A stretch of DNA of 64,000 nt, from the NCBI GenBank assembly GCA_041743505.1, contig JBGTMQ010000021.1, positions 64,521-128,520 of the forward strand, in the 5' to 3' direction. Made by a program: the position numbers and the translations under genes. The notes under the pieces were generated by a model. That model was not told the DNA's origin. It saw only the letters and a list, made by a program, of their open reading frames with translations, and searched no databases. The stretch comes from Candidatus Saccharimonadia bacterium (lineage in GTDB: Bacteria > Patescibacteriota > Saccharimonadia > UBA4664). Positions 36,875-46,859 of the stretch are shown here, piece by piece. Numbering within the stretch: the first letter of the stretch is position 1; each line of letters opens with the position of its first letter.

Positions 36875-37948
36875 TTACGCTGCGGCCTGGAACTTCGCGT
36901 CGTGGGTGATGAAGCGCACACCCTTGGCTTCAGCCTCAGCATAAAACTTCACCACGTGCGGAGCGTCCGGAACGATAGCCGCTGTGCAGTCGGTGACGAA
37001 GGCCAACTTCTCGAGGAGCCGGGCGTTGGTGTTGTCGAAGTACCGTACTGCCTGCTGCTCTGTGTGGTAGTTGCAGAAGTCTTCGGTAACACCCACGAAG
37101 TCGCTCGTGCCTTTCACTTGGCCGAACAGATCAACGATGGTCTTCTGGAAGCCGCCTTGCGGATGAGTAGAATCTGGACGGCAGGGCTGGAATGCGCCGA
37201 ACCAGTCCGTATCGCGAATGTGCCCCTTGAACAGTGGCACCGGCTCCAGCATACGAGCGCCCTCCATGAACGCAAGCGTCTCGGATAGCAGCGGGTGCAG
37301 ATTGGTGCCGTCGGTGCCGATTTTGCAGTGCATGGCGAAAACCCAAACGGGGCCTTGGCCGGTGCCTTGCAGATGGTGCCAGTACTTAACCGTGTCGTCG
37401 GCATTGAACATTGACTTGATGTGGCCCATGTCGATTGGCCCGTTGGGACCAAAGCACGTAGCCTTGAAGATGCCACGACGCTCATCGGCCAGATCTAGCA
37501 CGGCTGCTTTGTGCTCGCGCAGGTCAAACGGCAGGCCATCCTCGGCCCACCAACGCGACCCGAAGCTGAGGTGCAGCGGCGGGTGGCTGTCCTGAGAGTG
37601 CACAGCCAGCGTGTAATGGTCGAGAATGGTACCGTTGATAGCTCGCACACAGGCGCGAAGCACGGCGGTGTCGGTGCCGTTAACTCCCAGTCTGCCGCCC
37701 TCGCGGAAGTCATCCTGGAGGTCGGTGAACATGATGGCGTTGGAGATGCCAAGTTCAATCAGCTGGGCTGCTGTTCGCAGCTTGTTGTTCTTGCGGTAAG
37801 CAACGCCCTCGCGGAAGGCAGTCTCAACGTCAGGGCGGTACCGGATGTAGGCCTTACGTGGGTCCCAAAACTCGGGGGTGTAGAGCAGCGGCGCGTGAGA
37901 CGCCACAGTTACACCAGCCGGAAGGGTCAGGTCGATTGCAGTAGACAC
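36875..37948 (-). CDS. Nicotinamidase/isochorismatase-family cysteine hydrolase
   Basis: TDLQDDF, QDSH, HC, FKG, GVTEDFC; AGGAG RBS before GTG. Confidence 0.8.
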   Translation of the reverse strand: MSTAIDLTLPAGVTVASHAPLLYTPEFWDPRKAYIRYRPDVETAFREGVAYRKNNKLRTAAQLIELGISNAIMFTDLQDDFREGGRLGVNGTDTAVLRACVRAINGTILDHYTLAVHSQDSHPPLHLSFGSRWWAEDGLPFDLREHKAAVLDLADERRGIFKATCFGPNGPIDMGHIKSMFNADDTVKYWHHLQGTGQGPVWVFAMHCKIGTDGTNLHPLLSETLAFMEGARMLEPVPLFKGHIRDTDWFGAFQPCRPDSTHPQGGFQKTIVDLFGQVKGTSDFVGVTEDFCNYHTEQQAVRYFDNTNARLLEKLAFVTDCTAAIVPDAPHVVKFYAEAEAKGVRFITHDAKFQAAA

Positions 37949-38018
37949 GTTCTTTCTCCTTTTGCCATCATAACCGGATGGAACAGAGGGGGGGTAGTAC
38001 AAGGGGCCAGGGTGGCCC

Positions 38019-40001
38019 CTATTTCTTGCTTGTCATGGTCAAAATGCCACTGCGACGCACGATGCCAACACGTCCGTTTACACGGATGAGCTGGTCATCG
38101 ATGGACACCTTACCCGTGGTATCGGCGAGCGTGGTGCAGCTGCCATCGGACAGTTGCTGCTTCACAATGCCGCTTGGGGTGGCGTGCAGGATGCTCTTGC
38201 CCTGGTACAATTTGCCACGCAGGTTGGACCAGGGCTCATAGCTTGGGTCGGACTGGCCGATGGTTTGGTTCTGGTGAATTTTTCCATCGAGCCCGATGAC
38301 TGCGTAGCGCACGTAGTCGCGCCCATTGAAGGACGTCTGCATGACCAGGAGCACTGAGCTTTTACTGAAGTAAACGGCGAAGTCTTCCACCGTTTCTCCG
38401 GTGCGGATGCCCAGATCGCCAACCTTGTGGTACTGGTAGCGGCTACCCTTGGCGTTGCCGTGGATAATGAACCACTCCCAGTTGCGAAGCGCCCGGTCGT
38501 AACCGAAGATTACTTCGCGGTCGGCATTGGTGGCATGGTCGGCCGTGAACCAGCTCTGACGCTGGTGCACTTCGGCCACTGGTTCGTCAAAGACGACGCC
38601 GGCCGGACCGAACAGGTCGCTGCGCACTAATGTGTTGCCAGCGACACGGTACAAGAACCGGGAGGTTGTGTCGAACACAGCGGTTTCGCCTTCGAGTACT
38701 CCCGTAGCAGTACCCTGCAGGCGACGCAAATTGCTGCCTTCGATCCGGTAAAGCTCCAGCACGGCCGGTGCCGGCTGGCTTGGGTTCGGACAGACAACCA
38801 GGCAATTCTTGAAGAACCGGTAGCGCGCGCCGGGAATGCTGGGGAGTTCCGGGGAAAGAATCGTGCTTGCCCCATGCTCATCAATGCGGACTACCTGCAC
38901 CGTGCCACCGAGACGGCAGACCAGGTACAGATCTTTTTCGACGAGTTGAGCAAACAGAAGTACTCCCTGAGTTTTGAACAACTCCTCGATGAGGAAGCTG
39001 GTCAACACAGGCACCTGCACCAACGTGATTTCCTGACACTTCGGACATTGCCGGCGCGAGGTGTGGTATTCGGCGCCGCATTTCTTGCACCCGGTGACTT
39101 CGAGCGCGAACGCGCGAAGCATGTCCGGATCCAGCGGTGAGTCAACCCGGCGCTTGAGCCGCTCCACGAGAGCGTGAAGCACCTCGTCGCTGAGCATTTC
39201 GGGCGCGCCGATCATGGCCGGGAAAGTGACGCCAGGATCGTAGATGGTGAGTCCGGCATTTGCCCGGTTCTGGATGCCTTTTACTGTGGGATGTGTCCCC
39301 ATTTTGAACGGATGCGCCCCCGGAATCGCCATCAACGAGAAAGCGACTAGAAAGGCAAACCGGTCGTGGTGAGGCCGGGCCGAAACGTGGGTGCCATTTT
39401 CCTCCAGATTAGGATACAGATCCGGATGGGCAAACAGCTCCGTAGTTGCTAAGCATGGAAATCCGGGAAAGCCCCAACTACCAGTGTCGACCCAGACGCG
39501 ACTGCCGTCGGGTTGGAACATGACGCAACCAAGGTTAACGTCGCCAACCACCAGGCCTTTGCCGTGTAATAAGCCGAGATCATCGAAGAGGTCGGCGAAG
39601 AGCTGTGCAATCATGCGCAAGCCAACTTGATGACTGGTACGGAATGATCCGTCCAGGAGCATCTTGAGCTTGTGATAGCTGGCCGGAATGCGGCGCATTT
39701 GAAAGCCAACCGCGCGGCGTCCGGTTGGGTCGAACACGGGGAGCATGGGAAGCGTGAATTGGGGCGGCAGGGCAAGCCCCTGGCTACAGATAGCCTGGAT
39801 TTTTTTAGAGTGATAGGCTGCGTTACCCGCGGCCTTCTTGTCTCCGGGATCAGCCGGGTGCAAGAGCTTGACACAGAGGGCGGGATCACGCGGATGGGCA
39901 ATGACCATGCCCTCGGAACCGGCGCCGAGCTTGGTTTGGAGGTCGACCTGGTAGGTGACTCCGCCAAGCATGTAGCGGTCAGTTGTAGGTGGTTTGTTCA
40001 T
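38019..40001 (-). CDS. Ser/Thr kinase-like protein (YegI-type) with Zn ribbon and C-terminal beta-rich domain
   Basis: LGAGSEG, CVKL, VGDVN, HPDL, DRFAF, HPF; CKKC...CPKC. Confidence 0.85.
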   Translation of the reverse strand: MNKPPTTDRYMLGGVTYQVDLQTKLGAGSEGMVIAHPRDPALCVKLLHPADPGDKKAAGNAAYHSKKIQAICSQGLALPPQFTLPMLPVFDPTGRRAVGFQMRRIPASYHKLKMLLDGSFRTSHQVGLRMIAQLFADLFDDLGLLHGKGLVVGDVNLGCVMFQPDGSRVWVDTGSWGFPGFPCLATTELFAHPDLYPNLEENGTHVSARPHHDRFAFLVAFSLMAIPGAHPFKMGTHPTVKGIQNRANAGLTIYDPGVTFPAMIGAPEMLSDEVLHALVERLKRRVDSPLDPDMLRAFALEVTGCKKCGAEYHTSRRQCPKCQEITLVQVPVLTSFLIEELFKTQGVLLFAQLVEKDLYLVCRLGGTVQVVRIDEHGASTILSPELPSIPGARYRFFKNCLVVCPNPSQPAPAVLELYRIEGSNLRRLQGTATGVLEGETAVFDTTSRFLYRVAGNTLVRSDLFGPAGVVFDEPVAEVHQRQSWFTADHATNADREVIFGYDRALRNWEWFIIHGNAKGSRYQYHKVGDLGIRTGETVEDFAVYFSKSSVLLVMQTSFNGRDYVRYAVIGLDGKIHQNQTIGQSDPSYEPWSNLRGKLYQGKSILHATPSGIVKQQLSDGSCTTLADTTGKVSIDDQLIRVNGRVGIVRRSGILTMTSKK

Positions 40002-40804
40002 GACGTACCTCCGTCGATACGCTCCATTGCAATAACGCCACAGTCATCGCCCATATATTCGCCAAACTCCTTGCGGAGCAGGTTGAGCAGATACTGCAAG
40101 CCCATTGGATTGTTTGGCGCATGGCTGAACAACCGGTCGGGCAACCCAATGTTGGGCAGGCCGAGCAATTCTTCGATACCATCGGTCGCCAATGCGATTC
40201 GCTGGATTTCGGCTGACGGGTAGTTTGCAGTGTCAAATCCGCCACCAATGGCAGGATAAGCCGGCCGGTCATTCTGGTCGACGATGTGAATATCATCATT
40301 AATGATGATGACACCGTCGCCGGCCTGGAATGTGACCAGATCCTCGCCGTCATCAACGAACCCGATTATCGTGGCTGCCAAGTAGTCGGTCGTAAACCGT
40401 TGCGTGGCATTCAGCTCGTTACGGAATTCGTTTGCGCCCTTGAGCTTTACAATCAGCGGCCAATGGATATTGGACGGCATGACTGTGCTGGCGAGGTTAC
40501 GCAGAAAGTTGATGACGGCGTGGTACAAAGGCAGCGGAATTTCCGCCATCTTGGCACCGCCGACGATCAACTCCTGAATGTGTGCCAGGCAAAACACGAC
40601 CAATAGGTTCGAGCCGACTTCACTATGAGTGAATGCCGGAATACCACTACAACCGTCTGATGCCAACCCTATCCGGTAGTTCTTGCCCCGTTTGGGGATA
40701 CTAAACTCCTGATACAGGACGGCATCCTGGTTGTTGGTGCCGTGCTGGATGTGTTTGACGCCCTGTATGGTGCCCGACCTCAAGCGGTATGCTGGGCTAG
40801 TCAT
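39998..40804 (-). CDS. PP2C-like phosphatase (YegK-type)
   Basis: G..H....NNQDA, ASDGCS, GDG, ATDG, DDC; ATGA overlap with the kinase. Confidence 0.88.
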   Translation of the reverse strand: MTSPAYRLRSGTIQGVKHIQHGTNNQDAVLYQEFSIPKRGKNYRIGLASDGCSGIPAFTHSEVGSNLLVVFCLAHIQELIVGGAKMAEIPLPLYHAVINFLRNLASTVMPSNIHWPLIVKLKGANEFRNELNATQRFTTDYLAATIIGFVDDGEDLVTFQAGDGVIIINDDIHIVDQNDRPAYPAIGGGFDTANYPSAEIQRIALATDGIEELLGLPNIGLPDRLFSHAPNNPMGLQYLLNLLRKEFGEYMGDDCGVIAMERIDGGTS

Positions 40805-40921
40805 TGCGCCCTACCCTTCTTCTCGATTTGTCAACGATCGTGCTGGACACCATACTATCTGAAATGACGTTTGTAAAGCCAAGCGTCTGTTATTTGTATA
40901 TAAAGCTGTCAAAGTTCATTC

Positions 40922-40986
40922 GTTAGCGTAGAACATACACTAACAAAATCAATGTATACCAGTGTTTGTGTATTGTCAACACTAAC
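40922..40986. promoter_or_regulatory. Two NrtR-type operators at divergent promoters
   Basis: GTTAGCGT-N7-ACACTAAC (40922-40944) and GTTTGTGT-N7-ACACTAAC (40964-40986); plus-strand TTGTCA-N17-TATAAT and minus-strand TTGACA-N17-TACATT. Confidence 0.8.
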
Positions 40987-41007
40987 TTATAGCGCTATAA
41001 TGCTCTT

Positions 41008-41685
41008 ATGAATTCTTTACGCCCAGGCTTAGCACAAATCCGGCTGACCGTAGACGTCGTTATTTTTACGATTGATAACAATGAACTTAAACTTCTCTTG
41101 ATTGAGCGGGTTGGCGAGCCGTTTATTGGCCAGGCCGCACTTCCGGGAGGTTTTTTATGGGAGGGCGAATCAACGGAGGAGGCGGCCCGGCGGGTATTAA
41201 AAGATAAGGCAGGTGTGAGCGGGACGTATCTTGAGCAACTGTATACGTTTGATAAGCCGGGCCGTGACCCGCGTGGCCAGATTATCAGTGTGACGTACTT
41301 TACGCTGGTGCCTAGTGAGGCGCTGCGACTAGAGCCCAGCGGCACAACCCAGCGGCCCCATTTGCAGCCGCTTGATGGTCTCCCACAGTTGGCGTTTGAC
41401 CACAACGAGATTGTAGATTATGCCATGAACCGTTTGAGATCCAAGCTTGAATATACCAATGTGGCTTATTCGCTGTTGCCGTCGGTGTTTACGTTTGCCC
41501 AGCTACAGCAGGCTTACGAGATTATTTTGGGGCAGATGTTGGACCGCCGGAATTTCCGCAAGAAATTTATGTCACTGGGCCTGATTAAGCCGACGGGGGT
41601 TCACCAAGAAGGTGGCCGGCACCGTCCCGCTGAATTGTATACGTTTGTGTCGCGGCAGCCTTCGGAACTCGAGCGGTGGTTTTGA
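41008..41685 (+). CDS. nrtR: NrtR-family regulator (Nudix + winged HTH)
   Basis: TVDVVIF, ALPGGF, LEQLYTF..PGRDPRG, LAFDH, FT..QLQ..YE, DRRNFRKK, RPAELY. Confidence 0.92.
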   Translation: MNSLRPGLAQIRLTVDVVIFTIDNNELKLLLIERVGEPFIGQAALPGGFLWEGESTEEAARRVLKDKAGVSGTYLEQLYTFDKPGRDPRGQIISVTYFTLVPSEALRLEPSGTTQRPHLQPLDGLPQLAFDHNEIVDYAMNRLRSKLEYTNVAYSLLPSVFTFAQLQQAYEIILGQMLDRRNFRKKFMSLGLIKPTGVHQEGGRHRPAELYTFVSRQPSELERWF

Positions 41686-41730
41686 TTAAAAATACCCGCT
41701 AGCCACATTCGGCTAGCGGGCTGGTACTGG

Positions 41731-41934
41731 TTATAGCGGTGGGAGCCCCATAGCGGCCCGCCATTCTGGAAGTGCCCGGATGGTGAGGATCTCCTCGAAA
41801 GAGAGGGCGTCCTTGCTTTTGCCATGCTCTTCGCACCATTGGGTGACAACTTGATCGGTCGTCCTGATACGACCGGCCAGATCCGGGTTAGCTTCGATCA
41901 ACTGATCGCGGATTTTGTCTGCACTAGGCTCCAT
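41731..41934 (-). CDS. Small hypothetical protein
   Basis: AGGAG RBS; hairpin downstream. Confidence 0.55.
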   Translation of the reverse strand: MEPSADKIRDQLIEANPDLAGRIRTTDQVVTQWCEEHGKSKDALSFEEILTIRALPEWRAAMGLPPL

Positions 41935-42018
41935 CGTCTCGCTCCTAAGCTATCCGGCTGCTGTGAATGAAAGCGGCAGAGCCCCGGGGAGGGCCCTGCC
42001 GTCACGCGGATACGAAGC

Positions 42019-42579
42019 CTAAGCTTCGGAAGTTAAGCGAATACGTGGACGGATGCTTGAGACCGGCTGGTAAGGTTGGCCGGCGAGGTCGGCTCCGGCG
42101 CCTCTGATACCGCGCATTTGGGTCTTGTACGCCTCCCAGCCGTCGGTGAACCTGGCGGAGTCGATGAGCTGCTCGTATTCCGAGGCCACACTTCCGGCAT
42201 GCTTAAATCCGGACTCCGTAATAGCCAGCGAGTAACCATCGGCGCCAAGAAGCCTCCCAAACATGAGCTGATGGTTGCCGGGAACCAGAATGATCACCCA
42301 CTTGTCGGTCTGCTCGGCCAGCTCTTTGTATTGGCGGCGGTAGCGTCGCCGGTCACCGCGCTGAACGACACCGTTGGTCATCATGAGTCCGTGGAGCTTG
42401 TAGTCGTTGACAACCGCCCGTCGTTGGGCCTCGGTAATAGCGCCGGCATGACGCAGGCTATGAAACACGCTACTGCCGGGCCGCGTCAGCTCACCGGGAC
42501 GATCGACGCGAAGGAACATTAGCCCGAGCAGCAGGAGGTCCAGCAGCTGTTCAGTCGAAAAGGACTGCGGTTTGGTCAT
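42019..42579 (-). CDS. Hypothetical protein
   Basis: GGAGAGG RBS; AT-rich promoter-like region upstream. Confidence 0.6.
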   Translation of the reverse strand: MTKPQSFSTEQLLDLLLLGLMFLRVDRPGELTRPGSSVFHSLRHAGAITEAQRRAVVNDYKLHGLMMTNGVVQRGDRRRYRRQYKELAEQTDKWVIILVPGNHQLMFGRLLGADGYSLAITESGFKHAGSVASEYEQLIDSARFTDGWEAYKTQMRGIRGAGADLAGQPYQPVSSIRPRIRLTSEA

Positions 42580-42931
42580 AGTGCCTCTCCACTCTGTCTA
42601 CTTTTGGGGGAGCTATCCCGGATTCCGCCGGGACAACGGTTATTTATAATGCCATAAGTGATATATTAATGCAATGATCTTTCTGCAAAAAGGGCAGGTA
42701 GTTTGGTGTGGTGGCCAAACTACCTGCTGTGTTAATCCCCTGTTCTACGCGGTAATTTTGAAGGCAGTTCCCGCGGCGAATGTGCGCGGTACTTATTTTA
42801 CGATGCAGCTGTGTTTCGTCAACATGATGCCTAAAGCCTATCCTGAGGCTTCAATCGAAATTGAAATCTCGGGATAGGCCCGGTGCCCACGTCTGGAAGA
42901 CGCGAGCACCGGGTAGGCGGGCTGAGCTGGT

Positions 42932-43858
42932 TCAGCTCTTGATGTCTGCCCGGGGGTTTGGCTGATCATCCGGGCTGGCCGCGCCACGGGCGGTGGAGCC
43001 GGCAGCAGCACCGGCAGCAGCCTGAGCGGCAACATTGTCACCAGACATGTCGGTCACGATGAATGTGGCCTGGTCGGCACCGATCTGAGTGAGGACCTGC
43101 AGCCGCCGCAGCACCAGTGCCTCGGGGGTCAGCTCGTCGGCCGCTTCACGCAGAATACTGGCACTCCGCTTCTCGCCTTCGGCAGCAGCGACCTTTGCAT
43201 CAGCGTCACGCTTGGCCTCTGCCACGGCAGCCATGGCCCGCTTCAGGTTATCAGGGAGTTCGACGTCCTGAAGTGCGACACCTTGGACTTCGATGCCCCA
43301 GGTGCTGACAGTTTCCTTGATCTGGTCAGCGATTGCGGTAGTGACCTTTTCCCTGTCCGATAGCACCTCGGTCAAGTCGTGCTCGCCGATGACCGACAGC
43401 ATGGCTGACTGAGCTAGCTGTTGAATAGCGTTGTCGAAATCTTCTACGTCAACCTCAGCCTTGATGGGGTCGACGACGCGGAAATAAACGACGGTCCGGA
43501 TAGTGAGCGAGACGCCGTCCTTGGTCATGGCGGTTTGCTTGCTCAGGCTCAGGGCCTCGATAGCCACCACCACCTTCACCATTCGTTCGATGAACGGGAT
43601 GATGAAGTTGAGACCGGGCTGGCGGGCTTTGCGCTCGCGGTCGACTTTGCCGAGCCGGTAAACGACCCCACGCTCGAATTGCTTGACGATTTTCGCCGTG
43701 GCTACGACGAGAGTGATACCAACCAGGATGAACAGTCCGATGAGCAGGAGCAGGCCCCATGGGATGCCGGCGTCCGGTTCGATGCCGTACTGGGAGGCGC
43801 ATTGGGTGGCATTGTAGAAGTAACTGTCAGGGTCACAGACTTCTTGAACGCTGAACAT
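42932..43858 (-). CDS. SPFH/band-7 (stomatin-like) protein
   Basis: TM; FERGVVYRLG, PGLNFIIPFIE, TKDGV, WGIEV, AMAAVAEA.R; TTGACT-N17-TATAAT at 43926-43898. Confidence 0.92.
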   Translation of the reverse strand: MFSVQEVCDPDSYFYNATQCASQYGIEPDAGIPWGLLLLIGLFILVGITLVVATAKIVKQFERGVVYRLGKVDRERKARQPGLNFIIPFIERMVKVVVAIEALSLSKQTAMTKDGVSLTIRTVVYFRVVDPIKAEVDVEDFDNAIQQLAQSAMLSVIGEHDLTEVLSDREKVTTAIADQIKETVSTWGIEVQGVALQDVELPDNLKRAMAAVAEAKRDADAKVAAAEGEKRSASILREAADELTPEALVLRRLQVLTQIGADQATFIVTDMSGDNVAAQAAAGAAAGSTARGAASPDDQPNPRADIKS

Positions 43859-44004
43859 TATGGTCCTTTCGAGGTGCGGGAACTGGAACAGTTATGTATT
43901 ATATCACTATCTCTGATATTAGTCAACTTCTAGGGGCTTGGGCACCAAAAAAAGACTCCACCGGCCACAAAGGCTAGCGGAGTTGGTGCGGGAGCAGTGA
44001 CGAT

Positions 44005-44349
44005 TTAGTCGTTGATTTGCCTCGGCTTCTTTTTCTGGGGTGGAAGCTCCGGCCGTTGCAGATGCTGAGCGAGAAAGGCGTCGACGCGGATGCGCGTGTC
44101 CATGGGCAGTTGGGGGAAAGCCCGGTCGGCCGCCTCAACATCGCGCATGATGTCTGTCGCTACGACAACAGTTTGCTGAGCTTCTTGGGCCATTCGCCTC
44201 AATGCTTTCTCTTCTTTGCGGGAAAGACGGCGCTTTTCCCGCTGACCGATGATGGCGTAAAAGCCATTGCTGAGGCTTTCGCCGAAGAATATCCAAATGA
44301 CGAAGGCAATGAGAAAGAGCGACCAAAAGTGCTCGATGAAACTGTCCAT
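44005..44349 (-). CDS. Single-TM hypothetical protein
   Basis: N-terminal hydrophobic segment; follows the upstream ORF by 3 nt. Confidence 0.6.
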   Translation of the reverse strand: MDSFIEHFWSLFLIAFVIWIFFGESLSNGFYAIIGQREKRRLSRKEEKALRRMAQEAQQTVVVATDIMRDVEAADRAFPQLPMDTRIRVDAFLAQHLQRPELPPQKKKPRQIND

Positions 44350-44352
44350 GAG

Positions 44353-45030
44353 CTAGACCTGCTTTCCAGATGCGGGAGGGCTCCATGGCTGTTTGTCCGG
44401 TGTCAGCAGGACCCGCTGATAAGGTGGTTCGCCGAGCAGAAACGCTGGACTGTCGATTTGGGGCCGCGGGATGACGCCGGCTTGGGTGAGGATGAGCAAC
44501 AGCTGACCTTTGACTCCATCGGCTGCAGCATAGTCGGCTTCTGGCTCCCATCCGGAAGCACCAGTAACGGCGTTGAGCTCCTGGTCCGGTGTTAGCATGA
44601 GACGGAATCTGGAGCTACCGAAGGTGCGCGTGTCCCCTGGCCGCAGATTCCGCTCCCACATGACGGCTGTGTGAGTATCGTAGCCAAACCGGAGCGTGGT
44701 GCGGATTTTGAGGTGGGCAATTTCGTAGGGCGATAGCCCGACCCCGGGGATGGGAACCTGGAAGTCGCCAATGCCATACTCGCCCAGCAGGCCGAGCCGG
44801 ACTTGTTTGACTACGGCCGCGACGTAACCTGATTCGTCGTCAAAGTCTCCGCGCTCGGGTAGAGATTCGTGGTCCGGCTCTGGTACTTGGGAAAAACCCT
44901 CCACTACCAGAAGGTAGAATGGATTGTCCGGCCAAGCGCCCGTGGTTAGATTCCGTGTAATCTGGATGCTTCGGACTGATTGGCTGGCGGCAAGATCGAA
45001 GTGCTCCCGCGGGATATCACTTATCAACAC
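44353..45030 (-). CDS. Hypothetical protein
   Basis: Long ORF; GGAAAGGTG upstream of GTG 45030 (start uncertain). Confidence 0.55.
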   Translation of the reverse strand: MLISDIPREHFDLAASQSVRSIQITRNLTTGAWPDNPFYLLVVEGFSQVPEPDHESLPERGDFDDESGYVAAVVKQVRLGLLGEYGIGDFQVPIPGVGLSPYEIAHLKIRTTLRFGYDTHTAVMWERNLRPGDTRTFGSSRFRLMLTPDQELNAVTGASGWEPEADYAAADGVKGQLLLILTQAGVIPRPQIDSPAFLLGEPPYQRVLLTPDKQPWSPPASGKQV

Positions 45031-45197
45031 GAACTTCACCTTTCCAGTGTCGTACGGAACATGTAAAGTACTACCCACACTTCTGTATGGATTCACCAAC
45101 GATACAATAAACTGTTTTTTTATAAAAGTACTATTGAGCAAAAAAATGCCGGAACCCCTATTATTCCAGAGGTTCCGGCTCTAAAGATTGCACGCTC

Positions 45198-46265
45198 CTA
45201 GTAGCGGTCGTACAGGGTGGGTGTGAAAGGATGCAATTTGACTTCAAGGGTCAGGGCTATATCCTCATTCCCTTTGGCCCACGCGCTATTAAGCTTCAGC
45301 TGTAGCCGCTCGCACGCTTGACTAGAGGTGTCATGTGAGTAAAAACCGATAGGCAGCGTTACGCCGGCGGAGGTCTTGTAGGATTCGCCGTTGCCAATAT
45401 GATAGCGCCGCACAGCGGGCTCGGAGGCTAGAACCTCCGCTACCATGGCTTCGATTTGCGCGCAGACATGCTCGTCCAGCCGCTCGAACCCACCGGTGTG
45501 AGCGCTCATGAGACCCAGAGGATAAGCCGGCGTGAGCTCAGACTCGTTAATGGGCAGCAGGAGTGCCCGAACATACTCTGGCGTAGTTTCGAGGAGGTCA
45601 TCATTCACGAGTTCTGATAACAATTCCTCGAATAGCTCACCCACGCGGGACTGGGTTTCCGGAGCTGAAGCGCTCCAGTCCCGAGCCACGGCTTTGCGGA
45701 GAATATCTCTCCGCATCATCGTTGAGCCCTCATAGTAAAGCTGCGCGTAGACGAATTGCATGAGAATCGCCCGGACCACCTTGGCTCGAAGCGATACCTC
45801 GGCTAGATAGGCCTGATGCAGTTCATCCAACCTGGGGAGGAGCCAACCGAGCAGGTCATGAAGGTTGGTGAATATTGCAGCGTCGGGATGAAACTCCCGT
45901 TCTCGCACGAGGGCTCTTTCGAGCTGCTTTCGCACGTGGCCTTCGGGCATATTTTCGACGTCAAATACCGCGGCAGCCCGGTCGCCGTAGCGGGTGAGGA
46001 CCTGGCCGGTGCGCTGCAACGAATAGCTTGACAGAGGGTTTCCCTCTTGCATTGGATCGCCGTTGAAGTAGATGTATAAAGCACTGCGCTCCGCTACGGC
46101 ATCCTCATTCTGTTGCTCGCTATAGCCCCAAGTGCCGGGCGAAACTGATGGATCGTAGAACATTGCTTCGGGATATCCCAGCTTCACAAGCAGGGCAATG
46201 AGTGGCTTGCGCCACGGGTTATTGCCGACTGTTCCGCCAAAGAACACTATCCAATGCTGATTCAT
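45198..46265 (-). CDS. Protein with N-terminal nucleoside 2-deoxyribosyltransferase-like domain
   Basis: VFFGGT..NNPWR..LI..L...FYDP.V..W pattern; AGGAGG RBS. Confidence 0.6.
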   Translation of the reverse strand: MNQHWIVFFGGTVGNNPWRKPLIALLVKLGYPEAMFYDPSVSPGTWGYSEQQNEDAVAERSALYIYFNGDPMQEGNPLSSYSLQRTGQVLTRYGDRAAAVFDVENMPEGHVRKQLERALVREREFHPDAAIFTNLHDLLGWLLPRLDELHQAYLAEVSLRAKVVRAILMQFVYAQLYYEGSTMMRRDILRKAVARDWSASAPETQSRVGELFEELLSELVNDDLLETTPEYVRALLLPINESELTPAYPLGLMSAHTGGFERLDEHVCAQIEAMVAEVLASEPAVRRYHIGNGESYKTSAGVTLPIGFYSHDTSSQACERLQLKLNSAWAKGNEDIALTLEVKLHPFTPTLYDRY

Positions 46266-46375
46266 TACCAGCCTCCTAGACGGTTGTGATGTACGCACTC
46301 TCCTAACTTAGATTAAAACATATTTCTCTTAAAAGTGCAACTATGCCGATGCTGTAGGGTAAGTGGGAGCTTTTG

Positions 46376-46795
46376 CTAAACGCCGAGGAAGCCGATAATG
46401 AGGCCCATAACCATGATGGTGGCGAACTCATTGCTAATGTTGAGTAATGTTAGTTTGGGGGGCCGGCCCTCAAAGGCGTCGTGAGTAATGAAGCGGGCAG
46501 CCGTAAAGCCGAGCCACATCCAGAAGGCAGTGGTGAGGGAGTCTTGCAGGAAGCTGTTTTGAAAGAATTGGTTGGAGAGAAATGCGACATGAGCGAGTAC
46601 GTAGGCTGTTATGAGGCTGACAACCATAGTAGCGGCGATGGGCTTAAAGACGCTGCCGCCGTCTTTTGACATATCGATTTTAGCGAGCTTGATCCAGGTA
46701 TTACCAAATACTGAGCGGGCATACCAGATGCTGCCGACGACTAACGAGCTGAGCATAGCCAGGATGACTGCTAGAATATTGATTTGTACTTCCAC
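46376..46795 (-). CDS. DUF1761-family membrane protein
   Basis: INILAV, GSIWY...FG..W, WLGF, FEGRP. Confidence 0.85.
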   Translation of the reverse strand: MEVQINILAVILAMLSSLVVGSIWYARSVFGNTWIKLAKIDMSKDGGSVFKPIAATMVVSLITAYVLAHVAFLSNQFFQNSFLQDSLTTAFWMWLGFTAARFITHDAFEGRPPKLTLLNISNEFATIMVMGLIIGFLGV

Positions 46796-46859
46796 GTATT
46801 TTAGACTCCCTTATGCCTAAATTGTACTCCTCGCGAATTGTTTTCCCTAGCCCGGCGCC

